A DNA stretch of 64,000 nt, from assembly GCA_963832165.1 (NCBI GenBank), contig CAWHTE010000011.1, positions 888,763 through 952,762 on the forward strand, in the 5' to 3' direction. The translations under genes and the position numbers were made by a program. Below, one piece after another: positions 20,105-29,116 of the stretch (the stretch's first letter is position 1; every line of letters begins with the position of its first letter). This DNA is from an uncultured delta proteobacterium. Lineage in GTDB: Bacteria; Myxococcota_A; UBA9160; SMWR01. The notes below the pieces were generated by a model. That model was not told the origin of the DNA and ran no database searches. It saw only the letters and a list, made by a program, of their open reading frames with translations.

Positions 20105-20728
20105 ATGATCTCCGCCCTCGAAGCGCTCGACCGCCTGCGCGAAGGCAATCGCCGGTTCGTCGCCAACCTGTCGTCTCCGACCGACCACCAGGCGCGCCGC
20201 ATCGAGCTCGTGTCGGGCCAGGAGCCGTTCGCGATCATCCTGGGCTGTTCCGACTCGCGCGTGCCCGCGGAGCTCGTATTCGACCAGGGCTTCGGCGATC
20301 TGTTCGTGATTCGCGTCGCGGGCAACATCGTGGCGCCGTCCCAGATCGGCAGCGTCGAGTTCGCGGCGGCGCGTTTCCACACGCGCCTGGTCGTGGTGCT
20401 CGGCCACTCGCAGTGCGGCGCGGTGGCCGCCACGCTCGAGGAGCTGCTCGGCAAGGCGAATACCGAATCGAAGAACCTGCGCTCGATCGTCGACCGCGTC
20501 CGACCCGCCGTGGAGGATCTGCTCGCGGGTCCGCACGCCGACGATTCCGAAGCGCTGATGCGCGACGCGGTGCTCGCCAATGTGCGCGCGTCGGTGCAGC
20601 TGCTGCGGCACGGATCGGAGCTGCTCGAGCGGCTGATCGAGACGGACGGGCTCCTGGTCGTGGGAGCGAAGTACTCGCTCGCGACCGGAGTGGTGAACTT
20701 CTTCGACGGAATCCCGGATGGCCGCTAG
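20105..20728 (+). CDS. Beta-class carbonic anhydrase
   Basis: GN.RF, CSDSRVP, GDLFVIRVAGN, HSQCGAV zinc ligands. Confidence 0.93.
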   Translation: MISALEALDRLREGNRRFVANLSSPTDHQARRIELVSGQEPFAIILGCSDSRVPAELVFDQGFGDLFVIRVAGNIVAPSQIGSVEFAAARFHTRLVVVLGHSQCGAVAATLEELLGKANTESKNLRSIVDRVRPAVEDLLAGPHADDSEALMRDAVLANVRASVQLLRHGSELLERLIETDGLLVVGAKYSLATGVVNFFDGIPDGR

Positions 20729-22418
20729 CGCGCCCACACGGCTGCGCTTCTTCCCCGCCGACCTCGAGCCCAAGCTCCTCACCACGCTGCGCGAGGGTTA
20801 CTCCGTGCGCGACCTCGGCCGCGACGCGCTCGCGGGCGTGGTGGTAGGCGTCGTGGCGCTGCCCCTCGCGATCGCCTTCGCGATCGCGAGCGGGGTGCGG
20901 CCCGAGCAGGGCCTCTACACCGCGATCGTCGCGGGATTCCTGATCTCGGCGTTCGGCGGAAGCCGCGTGCAGATCGGAGGTCCGACCGGCGCGTTCGTCG
21001 TGATCGTGGCCGGCGTGGTCGCGCAGTTCGGCGTGGACGGGCTCGCCGTGGCCACGCTGATCGCGGGCGCGCTGCTCGTCGTGATGGCGTTCGCTCGACT
21101 CGGCGACGTGATCCGCTTCGTCCCGTATCCGGTGACGGTCGGGTTCACGTCCGGGATCGCGCTGATCATCGCGGCGGGTCAGATCGGCGATGCGCTCGGG
21201 CTCTCGATCGACAAGCTTCCGCCGGACTTCGTGCACCGGGTGCTCGCGTACGCCCCGCGGCTCGGTGATGCGCAGCCCGCCGTGATCGCGGTCTGCGCAG
21301 CCACGATCGCGATCGTGCAGCTGTGGCCGCGCGTCACGGCGCGGGTGCCGGGGCCGCTCGTGGCGCTGCTCGCGACGACCGCGGTCGTGCACGCGCTCGG
21401 TCTACCCGTCGAGTCGATCGAGGACCGCTACGGCGCAGTGCCGTCGTCGCTGCCCTCGTTCCGGCTGCCCGCGATCGACTGGCAGCAGGTGCCCGAGCTG
21501 TTCTCGCCGGCCCTGTCGATCGCGCTGCTCGCGGCGATCGAATCGCTGCTCTCCGCGGTGGTTTCCGACGGACAGATCGGCGGGCGTCATCGCTCGAACG
21601 CGGAGCTGCTCGGACAGGGCATCGCCAACCTCGCATCGCCCTTGTTCGGCGGGATTCCGGCCACGGGTGCGATCGCGCGCACTGCGACGAACGTGCGCAC
21701 GGGCGGGCGCACGCCGGTGGCGGGAATGGTGCACGCGCTCGTGCTGCTCGCGATCCTGCTCGTGGCCGGCGAATGGGCGGGCTGGATCCCGATGGCCACG
21801 CTCGCGGGGATCCTGCTCGTGGTGGCCTACAACATGAGCGAGTGGCATGTGTTCGTGCGCCTGCTGCGCGCGCCGCGCAGCGACGTGCTCGTTCTCGTCA
21901 CCACGTTCGCGCTGACCGTGGCCGTCGACCTCACGGTGGCGATCCAGGTCGGCGTCGTGCTCGCCTCGCTCTTGTTCATGCGGCGGATGGCCGAGGTGAC
22001 GCAGGTGAAGGCGGTGCGCGACGTGCTCGATTACGAGACGTCGGGAGCGGCCGAAGGCGTGCCTTCCGCAGCGATTCCGCGCGGAGTGGACGTGTTCGAG
22101 ATCAACGGCTCGTTCTGCTTCGGCGCCGCGCGCAAGTTCACCGAGGCTCTGCTCGCGAGCCACCGGCCGACGAGCGCCGTCGTGCTTCAGATGCGCAATG
22201 TGCTCGCAATCGACGCGACGGGCCTCCAGGCGCTCGAGGACGTCGCGGCGCGGCTGCGCAAACGCGGCACGCGGCTGTTGATCTCGGGGGTCCACGCGCA
22301 GCCGCTGATCGCGCTCGAGCGCAGCGGTGCGCTCGAGCGGATCGGCCCGGAGAATCTGTTCATGACGTACGAGGAGGCGCTCGATCGCGCGCGCGAGCTG
22401 GCTCCGCCGACGCGCTAG
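20718..22418 (+). CDS. SulP/SLC26 family anion (bicarbonate/sulfate/dicarboxylate) transporter with STAS domain
   Basis: D.LAG.VV..VALPLA.AFA, GGS..QI.GPTGA, IESLLSA, NAEL..QGIAN, ARTATN, STAS (F.GA...IDATGL). Confidence 0.92.
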   Translation: MAASAPTRLRFFPADLEPKLLTTLREGYSVRDLGRDALAGVVVGVVALPLAIAFAIASGVRPEQGLYTAIVAGFLISAFGGSRVQIGGPTGAFVVIVAGVVAQFGVDGLAVATLIAGALLVVMAFARLGDVIRFVPYPVTVGFTSGIALIIAAGQIGDALGLSIDKLPPDFVHRVLAYAPRLGDAQPAVIAVCAATIAIVQLWPRVTARVPGPLVALLATTAVVHALGLPVESIEDRYGAVPSSLPSFRLPAIDWQQVPELFSPALSIALLAAIESLLSAVVSDGQIGGRHRSNAELLGQGIANLASPLFGGIPATGAIARTATNVRTGGRTPVAGMVHALVLLAILLVAGEWAGWIPMATLAGILLVVAYNMSEWHVFVRLLRAPRSDVLVLVTTFALTVAVDLTVAIQVGVVLASLLFMRRMAEVTQVKAVRDVLDYETSGAAEGVPSAAIPRGVDVFEINGSFCFGAARKFTEALLASHRPTSAVVLQMRNVLAIDATGLQALEDVAARLRKRGTRLLISGVHAQPLIALERSGALERIGPENLFMTYEEALDRARELAPPTR

Positions 22419-23317
22419 CCGATTTCGCGCTTGAAGGTCTCGAGCGCGTCGATGTAGTCGCGCGGGCCGCGGTAGCCGACGCGCTTCGCACCGACGGCCT
22501 CCGCCGCGGTATCCATCGCACGCAGCGTGATGTGGGTGCCGCCGGCCTCGCGCCAGCGCTCGACCTCGGAACCCCAGGTGTCGCGCGGAGCCGAGAAGTC
22601 GATCACGGCGTCCGCGCCGAAGTCGCTGCGCGCACGGCCCTCCTTGTCGAGCAGCTCGAGCAGGTTCGCGAGCAGGCCGCCCATGTGCCTCGGCGATGCG
22701 CCGAACAGGAACCCGTCTCCCGTGCGCGCGGCGCGCCGCAGCGCCGGGGGTGTGAAGCCGCCGAACCAGAGCGGAATGCGCCGCGTGGGCTGCGGGAGCA
22801 GGCCGGCGCGGTCGATGCGGTGGAACTTCCCGCGGAAGTCGATCACGGGCTCGCTCCAGAGCTGGCGCAGCAGCGCCACCTGCTCGTCGAAGCGCGCGCC
22901 GCGCTCGGCGAACGGAACACCGAGCGAATCGTATTCGACGTGGTTCCAGCCCGTGCCGACGCCGAGCCGCAGACGTCCACGCGAGAGCACATCGATCTCG
23001 ATCGCCTGCTTCGCGACGAGAGCGGTCTGGCGCTGGGGCAGAATCAGCACGCCCGTGGTCAGCTCGATACGCTCCGTGATCGCCGCGAGATAGGCGAACA
23101 GCACGAACGGCTCGTGGAACGCATCGCGCTCGGTGTAGGGACCCGTGAGCCTGGGCTCGCGCCCTGCGTGTACCGCCCCGAGCACGTGGTCGTAGGTGAG
23201 GATGTGGTGATATCCGAGGCTCTCTGCGGTCTGCGCCCAGTCGCGGATCGCGCCCGGGTCGTTGCCGATCTCGGTGGTCGGGAAGGTCGCGCCCAGCTTG
23301 ATCTTCGCGGCACTCAT
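22415..23317 (-). CDS. LLM-class F420-dependent oxidoreductase (Rv2161c-like)
   Basis: DHVLG, FHEPFVL..YLAA.T, LILPQRQTALVAKQA, GVGTGWN.VEY; ATG overlaps the upstream stop. Confidence 0.85.
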   Translation of the reverse strand: MSAAKIKLGATFPTTEIGNDPGAIRDWAQTAESLGYHHILTYDHVLGAVHAGREPRLTGPYTERDAFHEPFVLFAYLAAITERIELTTGVLILPQRQTALVAKQAIEIDVLSRGRLRLGVGTGWNHVEYDSLGVPFAERGARFDEQVALLRQLWSEPVIDFRGKFHRIDRAGLLPQPTRRIPLWFGGFTPPALRRAARTGDGFLFGASPRHMGGLLANLLELLDKEGRARSDFGADAVIDFSAPRDTWGSEVERWREAGGTHITLRAMDTAAEAVGAKRVGYRGPRDYIDALETFKREIG

Positions 23318-24333
23318 CCGTGCACGACCTCGGCGATCTCGCGCAGCGTCTCGACGCTCGTGCCGGGTACGAGCAGCGTCGTCACGGGCGACTCGCGCCA
23401 CGCGTCGAGCCGCTCGCGAATCCGCTCGCGCGGTCCGACCAGCGAGATCTCGTCGCAGAACGAGTCGGGCACCGCCGCGATCGCGCTGGCGCGGTCCCCG
23501 GCGAAGAACAGGTCCTGGATCTTCTGGGCCTCGGCGGCGAAGCCCATGCGCGCCATGAGCTCCTTGTGGAAGTTGCGGTCCTTCGCGCCCATGCCGCCGA
23601 TGTAGAAGCCGAGGCTCGCCTTGTGCGGCGCATAACCCGCTGCGAGATCGTCGGTGATCGTGACGGTCGTGGTCACGGCGATTTCGAAGCCGGGCTTGAG
23701 CGTGCCGAGCGAGTCCGCGTAGACCTCGGGGCGGAACGGTGAGTAGTAGAGCGGGAGCCAGCCGTCGGCGATCTCCGCCGCGAGCGCGACGTTCTTGGGT
23801 CCTTCGGCGCCGAGGTAGATCGGCACGTCCGAGCGCAGGGGGTGCGTGATGGCGCGAAGCGGCTTTCCGAGGTGCCACGCGCCTTCGCCGTGGTAGGGCA
23901 GGGGATAGTGCGGACCGGCACTCGTGACCGGCTTCTCGCGCCGCAGCACCTGTCGCACGATGTCGACGTACTCGCGCGTGCGCGAGAGCGGCTTCGCGAA
24001 AGGCTGGCCGTACCAGCCCTCGACCACCTGCGGACCCGACACGCCGAGCCCGAGGATCAGGCGGCCGCGCGAGAGATGATCGAGCGTGAGCGCGTGCATC
24101 GCGGTGGAGGCCGGCGTGCGCGCGCTGATCTGCACGATCGCGGTACCGAGCTTGATGAGCGACGTGTGCGCTCCGATCCAGGCGAGCGGCGTGAACGCGT
24201 CGGAGCCCCACGCCTCGGCGGTCCACACCGAGTCGTAGCCGAGCCGCTCTGCCTCCTGCGCGATCTCGACGAAGTTCGCGTGCGGCTCGCGTTGCCAGTA
24301 GCCGAGCTGAACCCCGAGCTTCAGGTCTCCCAT
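23314..24333 (-). CDS. LLM-class F420-dependent oxidoreductase (Rv3520c-like)
   Basis: [69 protein letters not shown]. Confidence 0.88.
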   Translation of the reverse strand: MGDLKLGVQLGYWQREPHANFVEIAQEAERLGYDSVWTAEAWGSDAFTPLAWIGAHTSLIKLGTAIVQISARTPASTAMHALTLDHLSRGRLILGLGVSGPQVVEGWYGQPFAKPLSRTREYVDIVRQVLRREKPVTSAGPHYPLPYHGEGAWHLGKPLRAITHPLRSDVPIYLGAEGPKNVALAAEIADGWLPLYYSPFRPEVYADSLGTLKPGFEIAVTTTVTITDDLAAGYAPHKASLGFYIGGMGAKDRNFHKELMARMGFAAEAQKIQDLFFAGDRASAIAAVPDSFCDEISLVGPRERIRERLDAWRESPVTTLLVPGTSVETLREIAEVVHG

Positions 24334-24401
24334 GTCCGCGCCTCCTGTGGGGCGAACTGTAACCGAGGTCAGATTGACAGGAGCGAGTCCATCCCGCGCG
24401 A

Positions 24402-24704
24402 TCAGACGATCGGGCCGACCGACGTGATCTCGTAGCGCTCGAGCGAGACCTCGCGGATGCCGCGGTTTCCGACCCGGATCCTCAGCGCCTCGACGCGCGG
24501 GGCACGCACGAAGTCGTGCAGAGCCTCGCGCGATTCCCATTCCTCGAACACGTGCAGAAGGGTGGAATCCTCGATGTCGATCGAGAACACGAACGAGATG
24601 CAGCCGGGCGCGTTCCGCGCGTCCTGCATCACTTCGGCGATGGCCTCGATCGCTTCGTCGCGCTCGGCCGCATCGATTCTCACCACACCTGCGACTACCA
24701 GCAC
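24402..24704 (-). CDS. Antibiotic biosynthesis monooxygenase (ABM/quinol monooxygenase) family
   Basis: PGC.SF.FS.D.ED....VFEEWES.EAL..F; paralog of the next gene. Confidence 0.75.
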   Translation of the reverse strand: MLVVAGVVRIDAAERDEAIEAIAEVMQDARNAPGCISFVFSIDIEDSTLLHVFEEWESREALHDFVRAPRVEALRIRVGNRGIREVSLERYEITSVGPIV

Positions 24705-24710
24705 GAACCC

Positions 24711-25031
24711 CTACTCCAGCGCGGCCGGCTCTTCGAGCGGGCCGACCTCTCCCACTGCGTATTTCGAGATCGTCATGGCTCGGATGCCGAGCTTCCCCGC
24801 ATGGCTCGCGATCCCGGCGACGTGGGGCGAGGCGATGTTCAAGCTGAGCGCCTCCTGGGACTCCCACTTCTGGAGCAGGTGCAACAGCCCGGGGTCCTCG
24901 AGGTCTTCCGAGAGCGCGACGAAGGTGCAGCCGATCTGCTTGCGAAGCTCGCGCACGACCTCGATCGCGGTCTTCATCAGCTCGTCGCGATTGGACGTAT
25001 CGATACGGATCGAACCCGCGATCAACAGCAC
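24711..25031 (-). CDS. ABM family protein, tandem paralog
   Basis: MLLIAG.I.ID, GC...SED.EDP.....KWES.EAL....SPH. Confidence 0.7.
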   Translation of the reverse strand: MLLIAGSIRIDTSNRDELMKTAIEVVRELRKQIGCTFVALSEDLEDPGLLHLLQKWESQEALSLNIASPHVAGIASHAGKLGIRAMTISKYAVGEVGPLEEPAALE

Positions 25032-25222
25032 AGAAGCCCCGGCATTCGCAGCTTGAGCCTATCACGGTAGAACTGCAGGGATGGAGGTTTTTCGAATCCG
25101 AGTGGACCTGGAGGCGGCGGCCCCGAGCCGATACGATTGCCAGACCTGCACTCGGGGCGGCCGATGGGGCGCCGTTCCGAGGATGTTCCGGACTGCAGAT
25201 CGGTCGGGGTGAGGAGTTTACG

Positions 25223-26011
25223 GTGCTTTCTGCGCATGCGATCTATCAGGAGATCCGCAACGACGACGAGACCTACCGCCTGTTCTGCAGCGTTGCGGCC
25301 AAGGGCGAAGCCCAGGGCGGCTGGGAGAACCGGCGCATCGCCGAGCTGACCCGCGACGAGGAGCTGCGCGCGAGGATCCTGCGCCACGGCGAGGACGAGG
25401 ATAAACACGGGCATCTGTTCGCGGCGCTGCTGCGCAAGCGCGGGCTCGCGGCCTGCGAGGTGCCGGCCGACGTCGACTACACGATGCTGCTGGAGCGCCA
25501 CGGGATCGGGCTCTCGCATGAGCGCTTGCACCGCGACGAGCCGCTCAGCGACGAGGAGATCCTCGCGTATCTGGTGCACTCGCGCGTCACCGAGCAGCGC
25601 GCGCACGAAGAGGTGGAGCAGCAGCGCGCGATCTTCGGCGAGGATCCCGAGCTCGGGCGCACGGTGCGCATGATCGCGGACGACGAAATCAACCACCTCT
25701 CCTACGCGCACGAAGAGCTCGCGCGGTTTTGCGCGCTCGGGTACGGCGACCGGATCCACACGATGCTGCGCGAGTACGCGCGCGTCGAGATCGCCACCTA
25801 TCGCGACGTGTCGCTGGGGGTGATGGCGCGCATGGCCGACGCGCTGCGCTGGTCGCTGGCGAAGCGCACCGCGTTGCGACTGGGGATTCACGCGATCTAC
25901 GCGATCGAGCGGCTGTGGACCTGGCGGCGGATGGTCACGATCGAGCGCCCTGCGCGCCCGGGTGCGCTTTCTGCGCGCACGCGAGCGCAGGCCCGTGCGG
26001 CGACCGCCTGA
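25223..26011 (+). CDS. Ferritin-like di-iron carboxylate protein
   Basis: E...DEDKH and E...DEINH (two ExxH) in helical context; SD GAGGAG. Confidence 0.75.
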   Translation: MLSAHAIYQEIRNDDETYRLFCSVAAKGEAQGGWENRRIAELTRDEELRARILRHGEDEDKHGHLFAALLRKRGLAACEVPADVDYTMLLERHGIGLSHERLHRDEPLSDEEILAYLVHSRVTEQRAHEEVEQQRAIFGEDPELGRTVRMIADDEINHLSYAHEELARFCALGYGDRIHTMLREYARVEIATYRDVSLGVMARMADALRWSLAKRTALRLGIHAIYAIERLWTWRRMVTIERPARPGALSARTRAQARAATA

Positions 26012-26061
26012 TCATCCGCGCGTACGCCGGACGAACGTCTTAGAGTGAGGACCCCGAGCGA

Positions 26062-27453
26062 ATGGCCAAGAGCATTCTCGAGCAGATCCGCGAGCGCGAG
26101 AGCGAGAAGTTCGATCTGCACGAGCGCTACCTGAACGCGCAGCACGTGCGCGTTCTCAAGACGATCGGATTCGACCGCCACTACGTGCGCGCGAGCGGGG
26201 CCTACCTCTACGACGACGCTGGCCAGCAGTATCTCGACCTGCTCTCCGGCTTCGGCGTATTCGCGGTCGGTCGCAACCACCCGACGCTCGTCTCCGCACT
26301 GCGCGAGGTGCTCGAAGGCGAGCTGTCGGGCCTCGTGCAGATGGACGTGTCGGTGCTCGCGGGAATCCTCGCCGAGCGGCTGCTCGCCACGGCGCCGGGC
26401 GGGCTCGACAAGGTGTTCTTCGCCAACTCGGGCGCCGAGGCGGTCGAGTCCGCGATCAAGTTCGCGCGCTACCACACCGGGCGCCCCGGGCTCCTCTACT
26501 GCGATCACGGCTTCCACGGCCTCACGATGGGCGCCGTCTCGCTGAACGGCGATGAGATCTTCCGCGAGGGCTTCGGACCGCTCCTGCCCGGCAGTCGCCA
26601 GATCCCGTTCAACGATCTCGCCGCGCTCGAGCGCGCGCTCGCCGCGCGTGACGTCGCGGCGTTCTTCGTCGAGCCGATCCAGGGCCACGGCGTGAACATG
26701 CCCTCCGACGACTACCTGCGAGAGGCGGCGCGCCTGTGCCGTGAGCACGGCACGCTGTTCGTCGCCGACGAGATCCAGACCGGCATCGGCCGCACAGGCC
26801 GTTTCTGGGCGATCGAGCACTGGGGTGTCGAGCCCGACATGCTGCTCACCGCGAAGGCGCTCTCGGGCGGCTTCGTGCCGGTCGGCGCGGTGCTCTTGCG
26901 CAAGAAGGTGTTCGACTCCCTGTTCTCGAACATGGTGCGCTCGCCCGTGCACGGATCGACGTTCGGCAAGAACGACCTCGCGATGGCCGCGGGCATCGCG
27001 ACGCTCGACGTGATCGAGGCCGAGGGACTGGTCGAGAATGCGGCGAAGGTGGGGGAGGGCATCCTCGCCGATCTGCGCGGAATGGTCGGCCGCTACGACT
27101 TCGTGCGCGAAGTGCGCGGCAAGGGGCTGATCCAGGCGATCGAGTTCGGCCCGTCGAGCAAGCTCGCGCACAAGGCCGCCTACAAGCTGCTCGACGTGGC
27201 GCAGAAGGGTCTGTTCAGTCAGCTCGTGACGGTGCCGCTGTTCCAGAAGCACCGGATCCTGTCGCAGACGGCAGGCCACGATCAGCCCGTCGTGAAGTTC
27301 CTGCCGCCGCTCGTGATCGACGACTCCGACCGGCAGTGGATCGCGCGCGCGGTGGACGCGGTGGTGGCCGACACGCAGAACGTCGGCGGCGCGATCTGGG
27401 ACCTCGGCAAGACGCTCGCCAGCGCGGCAATCAAGACAAAAGCAGGGATGTGA
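26062..27453 (+). CDS. Class III PLP aminotransferase, HpnO-like (aminobacteriohopanetriol synthase family)
   Basis: YLDLLSGFGVFA.GRNHP, NSGAEAVE.A.K.AR, FHGLT.GA.SLNG, FVEPIQG, ADEIQTG.GRTG, AKALSGG, HGSTF. Confidence 0.75.
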   Translation: MAKSILEQIRERESEKFDLHERYLNAQHVRVLKTIGFDRHYVRASGAYLYDDAGQQYLDLLSGFGVFAVGRNHPTLVSALREVLEGELSGLVQMDVSVLAGILAERLLATAPGGLDKVFFANSGAEAVESAIKFARYHTGRPGLLYCDHGFHGLTMGAVSLNGDEIFREGFGPLLPGSRQIPFNDLAALERALAARDVAAFFVEPIQGHGVNMPSDDYLREAARLCREHGTLFVADEIQTGIGRTGRFWAIEHWGVEPDMLLTAKALSGGFVPVGAVLLRKKVFDSLFSNMVRSPVHGSTFGKNDLAMAAGIATLDVIEAEGLVENAAKVGEGILADLRGMVGRYDFVREVRGKGLIQAIEFGPSSKLAHKAAYKLLDVAQKGLFSQLVTVPLFQKHRILSQTAGHDQPVVKFLPPLVIDDSDRQWIARAVDAVVADTQNVGGAIWDLGKTLASAAIKTKAGM

Positions 27454-28502
27454 TGGCCAGGGTGTTCGTGACAGGCGGCAACGGCTTCATGGGCTCGCGC
27501 ATCGTGCGCGAGCTGGTCGGGCGCGGCTACGACGTGACCGCGCTGGTCGGCGCCGACCTCGACAACCACAACCTCGACGGTCTCGACGTCGAGATCCGCC
27601 CGTTCGATCTGCTCGACCGCGACGGCGTGCGCGCGGCGCTCGAGGGCGGCGAGCTGCTCGTGCACAACGCTGCGTGTTACAGCTTCTGGCAGCCGGACCC
27701 GAACACGATCTACCGCGTGAACGTCGATGGCACGCAGCACGTGCTCGACGCGGCCGCCGAGCACGGCTACCGCAAGATCGTCTACACGAGCAGCACCGCG
27801 ACGCTCACACCCTCGATCAACCGCGAGATCGAGACCGAGGAGAGCCTGTTCGATCTGCGCCGCTTCCAGGGCCACTACAAGGTCTCGAAGGTGATCGCGG
27901 AGATCGGCGTGATGCGCCGTGCGGCGCAGGGACTGCCCGTGGTGGTAGTGCACCCGACCACCGTGGTCGGCACCGGCGATCGCCGCCCGACGCCGACCGG
28001 CACGCTGATCCTGCACTTCCTGAACGGGCGCATGGTCGCGTACGCGAACACGATGTTGAACGTGGTCGACGTCGACGACGTGGCCGAGGGGCACGTGCTC
28101 GCGCTCGAGCGCGGGCGCGTCGGCCACAACTACATCCTCGGCGGCGAGAACATGACGATGCGCGAGATCTGCGGCGTGCTGACGGAGCTCACCGGGATCC
28201 CTTCGCCACGCGTCGCGTTGCCGCCGCGCGTGCTGTACGTGCTCGGCCACATCGCCGAGTTCATCGCGAATCACGTCACGCACCGCACTCCGATCGTCGA
28301 CGTCGAGTCGGCGCTGCACGCGATGGCGAACCGCGCATCGGACTCGGGCAAGGCCGAAAAGGAGCTCGGCTACCTGCCGTCGCGCGCGCGCATCGCGATC
28401 GCGAAGGCGGCGGTCTGGTTCGTCGAGAACGGCTACTGCAAGGATCGCTACCGGCGCCGCATCGAGACGCACGGCGGGCTGCGACGCGCGATCGGAGCTT
28501 GA
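27453..28502 (+). CDS. NAD-dependent epimerase/dehydratase, HpnA-like (hopanoid-associated)
   Basis: TGGNGFMGS, H.AA.Y..W, NVDGT, YTSS, HYKVSK, P...G.GD.RPTPTG, NVVDVDDVA.GH..A.ERG..G..YILGGEN; start overlaps the aminotransferase stop. Confidence 0.8.
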   Translation: MARVFVTGGNGFMGSRIVRELVGRGYDVTALVGADLDNHNLDGLDVEIRPFDLLDRDGVRAALEGGELLVHNAACYSFWQPDPNTIYRVNVDGTQHVLDAAAEHGYRKIVYTSSTATLTPSINREIETEESLFDLRRFQGHYKVSKVIAEIGVMRRAAQGLPVVVVHPTTVVGTGDRRPTPTGTLILHFLNGRMVAYANTMLNVVDVDDVAEGHVLALERGRVGHNYILGGENMTMREICGVLTELTGIPSPRVALPPRVLYVLGHIAEFIANHVTHRTPIVDVESALHAMANRASDSGKAEKELGYLPSRARIAIAKAAVWFVENGYCKDRYRRRIETHGGLRRAIGA

Positions 28503-28510
28503 CCGGGTAG

Positions 28511-28855
28511 GTGTTCGAGCGCAGATCCGAGCCGCTGATCTCCCGCGGCGAATTCGCCGGCCGCATCGCGCGCAGCGTGCTGGCGGGGGCGCTCTTGATC
28601 GCAGTCTCGCTGTTCGCGGGAATGATCGGGTACCACGAGCTCGAACGGCTGTCCTGGCTCGACGCGTTCCTGAACGCGGCGATGCTGCTCGGAGGCATGG
28701 GCCCCGTGGCGACTCCTCGGACGGACGGCGGAAAGCTCTTCGCGGGGCTCTACGCGCTCTACTGCGGCCTGGTCGTGATCATCGCCGCGGGCATCATCCT
28801 CGCACCGGCCGCGCACCGGATCCTGCACCGGTTCCATCTCGAGGATCAGGAGTAG
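28511..28855 (+). CDS. Small two-TM membrane protein with K+-channel-like pore architecture
   Basis: TM1 - G.IGY..LE..SWLDAF (pore-helix-like) - GGMGP - T..GK.F - TM2; 114 aa. Confidence 0.6.
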   Translation: MFERRSEPLISRGEFAGRIARSVLAGALLIAVSLFAGMIGYHELERLSWLDAFLNAAMLLGGMGPVATPRTDGGKLFAGLYALYCGLVVIIAAGIILAPAAHRILHRFHLEDQE

Positions 28856-28901
28856 GGCGGGAGGAGCCGGAGGCGCCGCAGGTGCCGAGGCGGATCCCGC
28901 C
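28852..28901 (+). repeat. GTAG-type REP (family A) with expanded loop, upstream of RAYT
   Basis: GTAG-GGCGGGA...TCCCGCC stem with three internal mini-hairpins; its TAG is the stop of 28511-28855. Confidence 0.8.
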
Positions 28902-29082
28902 TTCGCGGCTCTCAGCGGTCGCTTCTGCCCTCGATCCCTTGCTTCCGGGGGCTCCTCGCCCACCCCGGAGGACCTCGAATCGCCTTCGGCCTTGGAGGGA
29001 GGGATCGATTTCGGACCTCCGTCGCCCGAACGACGCAGCCGGACGTCTTTCGTGCCCAGTTTCAACCACGGCGCGATCTCCA

Positions 29083-29110
29083 TTGACGTAATGATAAATA
29101 CAGCTATATT
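29083..29110 (+). promoter_or_regulatory. Sigma-70-like promoter for the transposase
   Basis: TTGACG-16 nt-TATATT in a conspicuous AT-rich patch, ending 6 nt before GTG 29117. Confidence 0.65.
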
Positions 29111-29116
29111 CAAGAT

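Noticed and set aside
29088..29103. LexA/SOS box in the transposase promoter
   Set aside because: Only the right half (AAATACAG) matches; the left CTG is absent.
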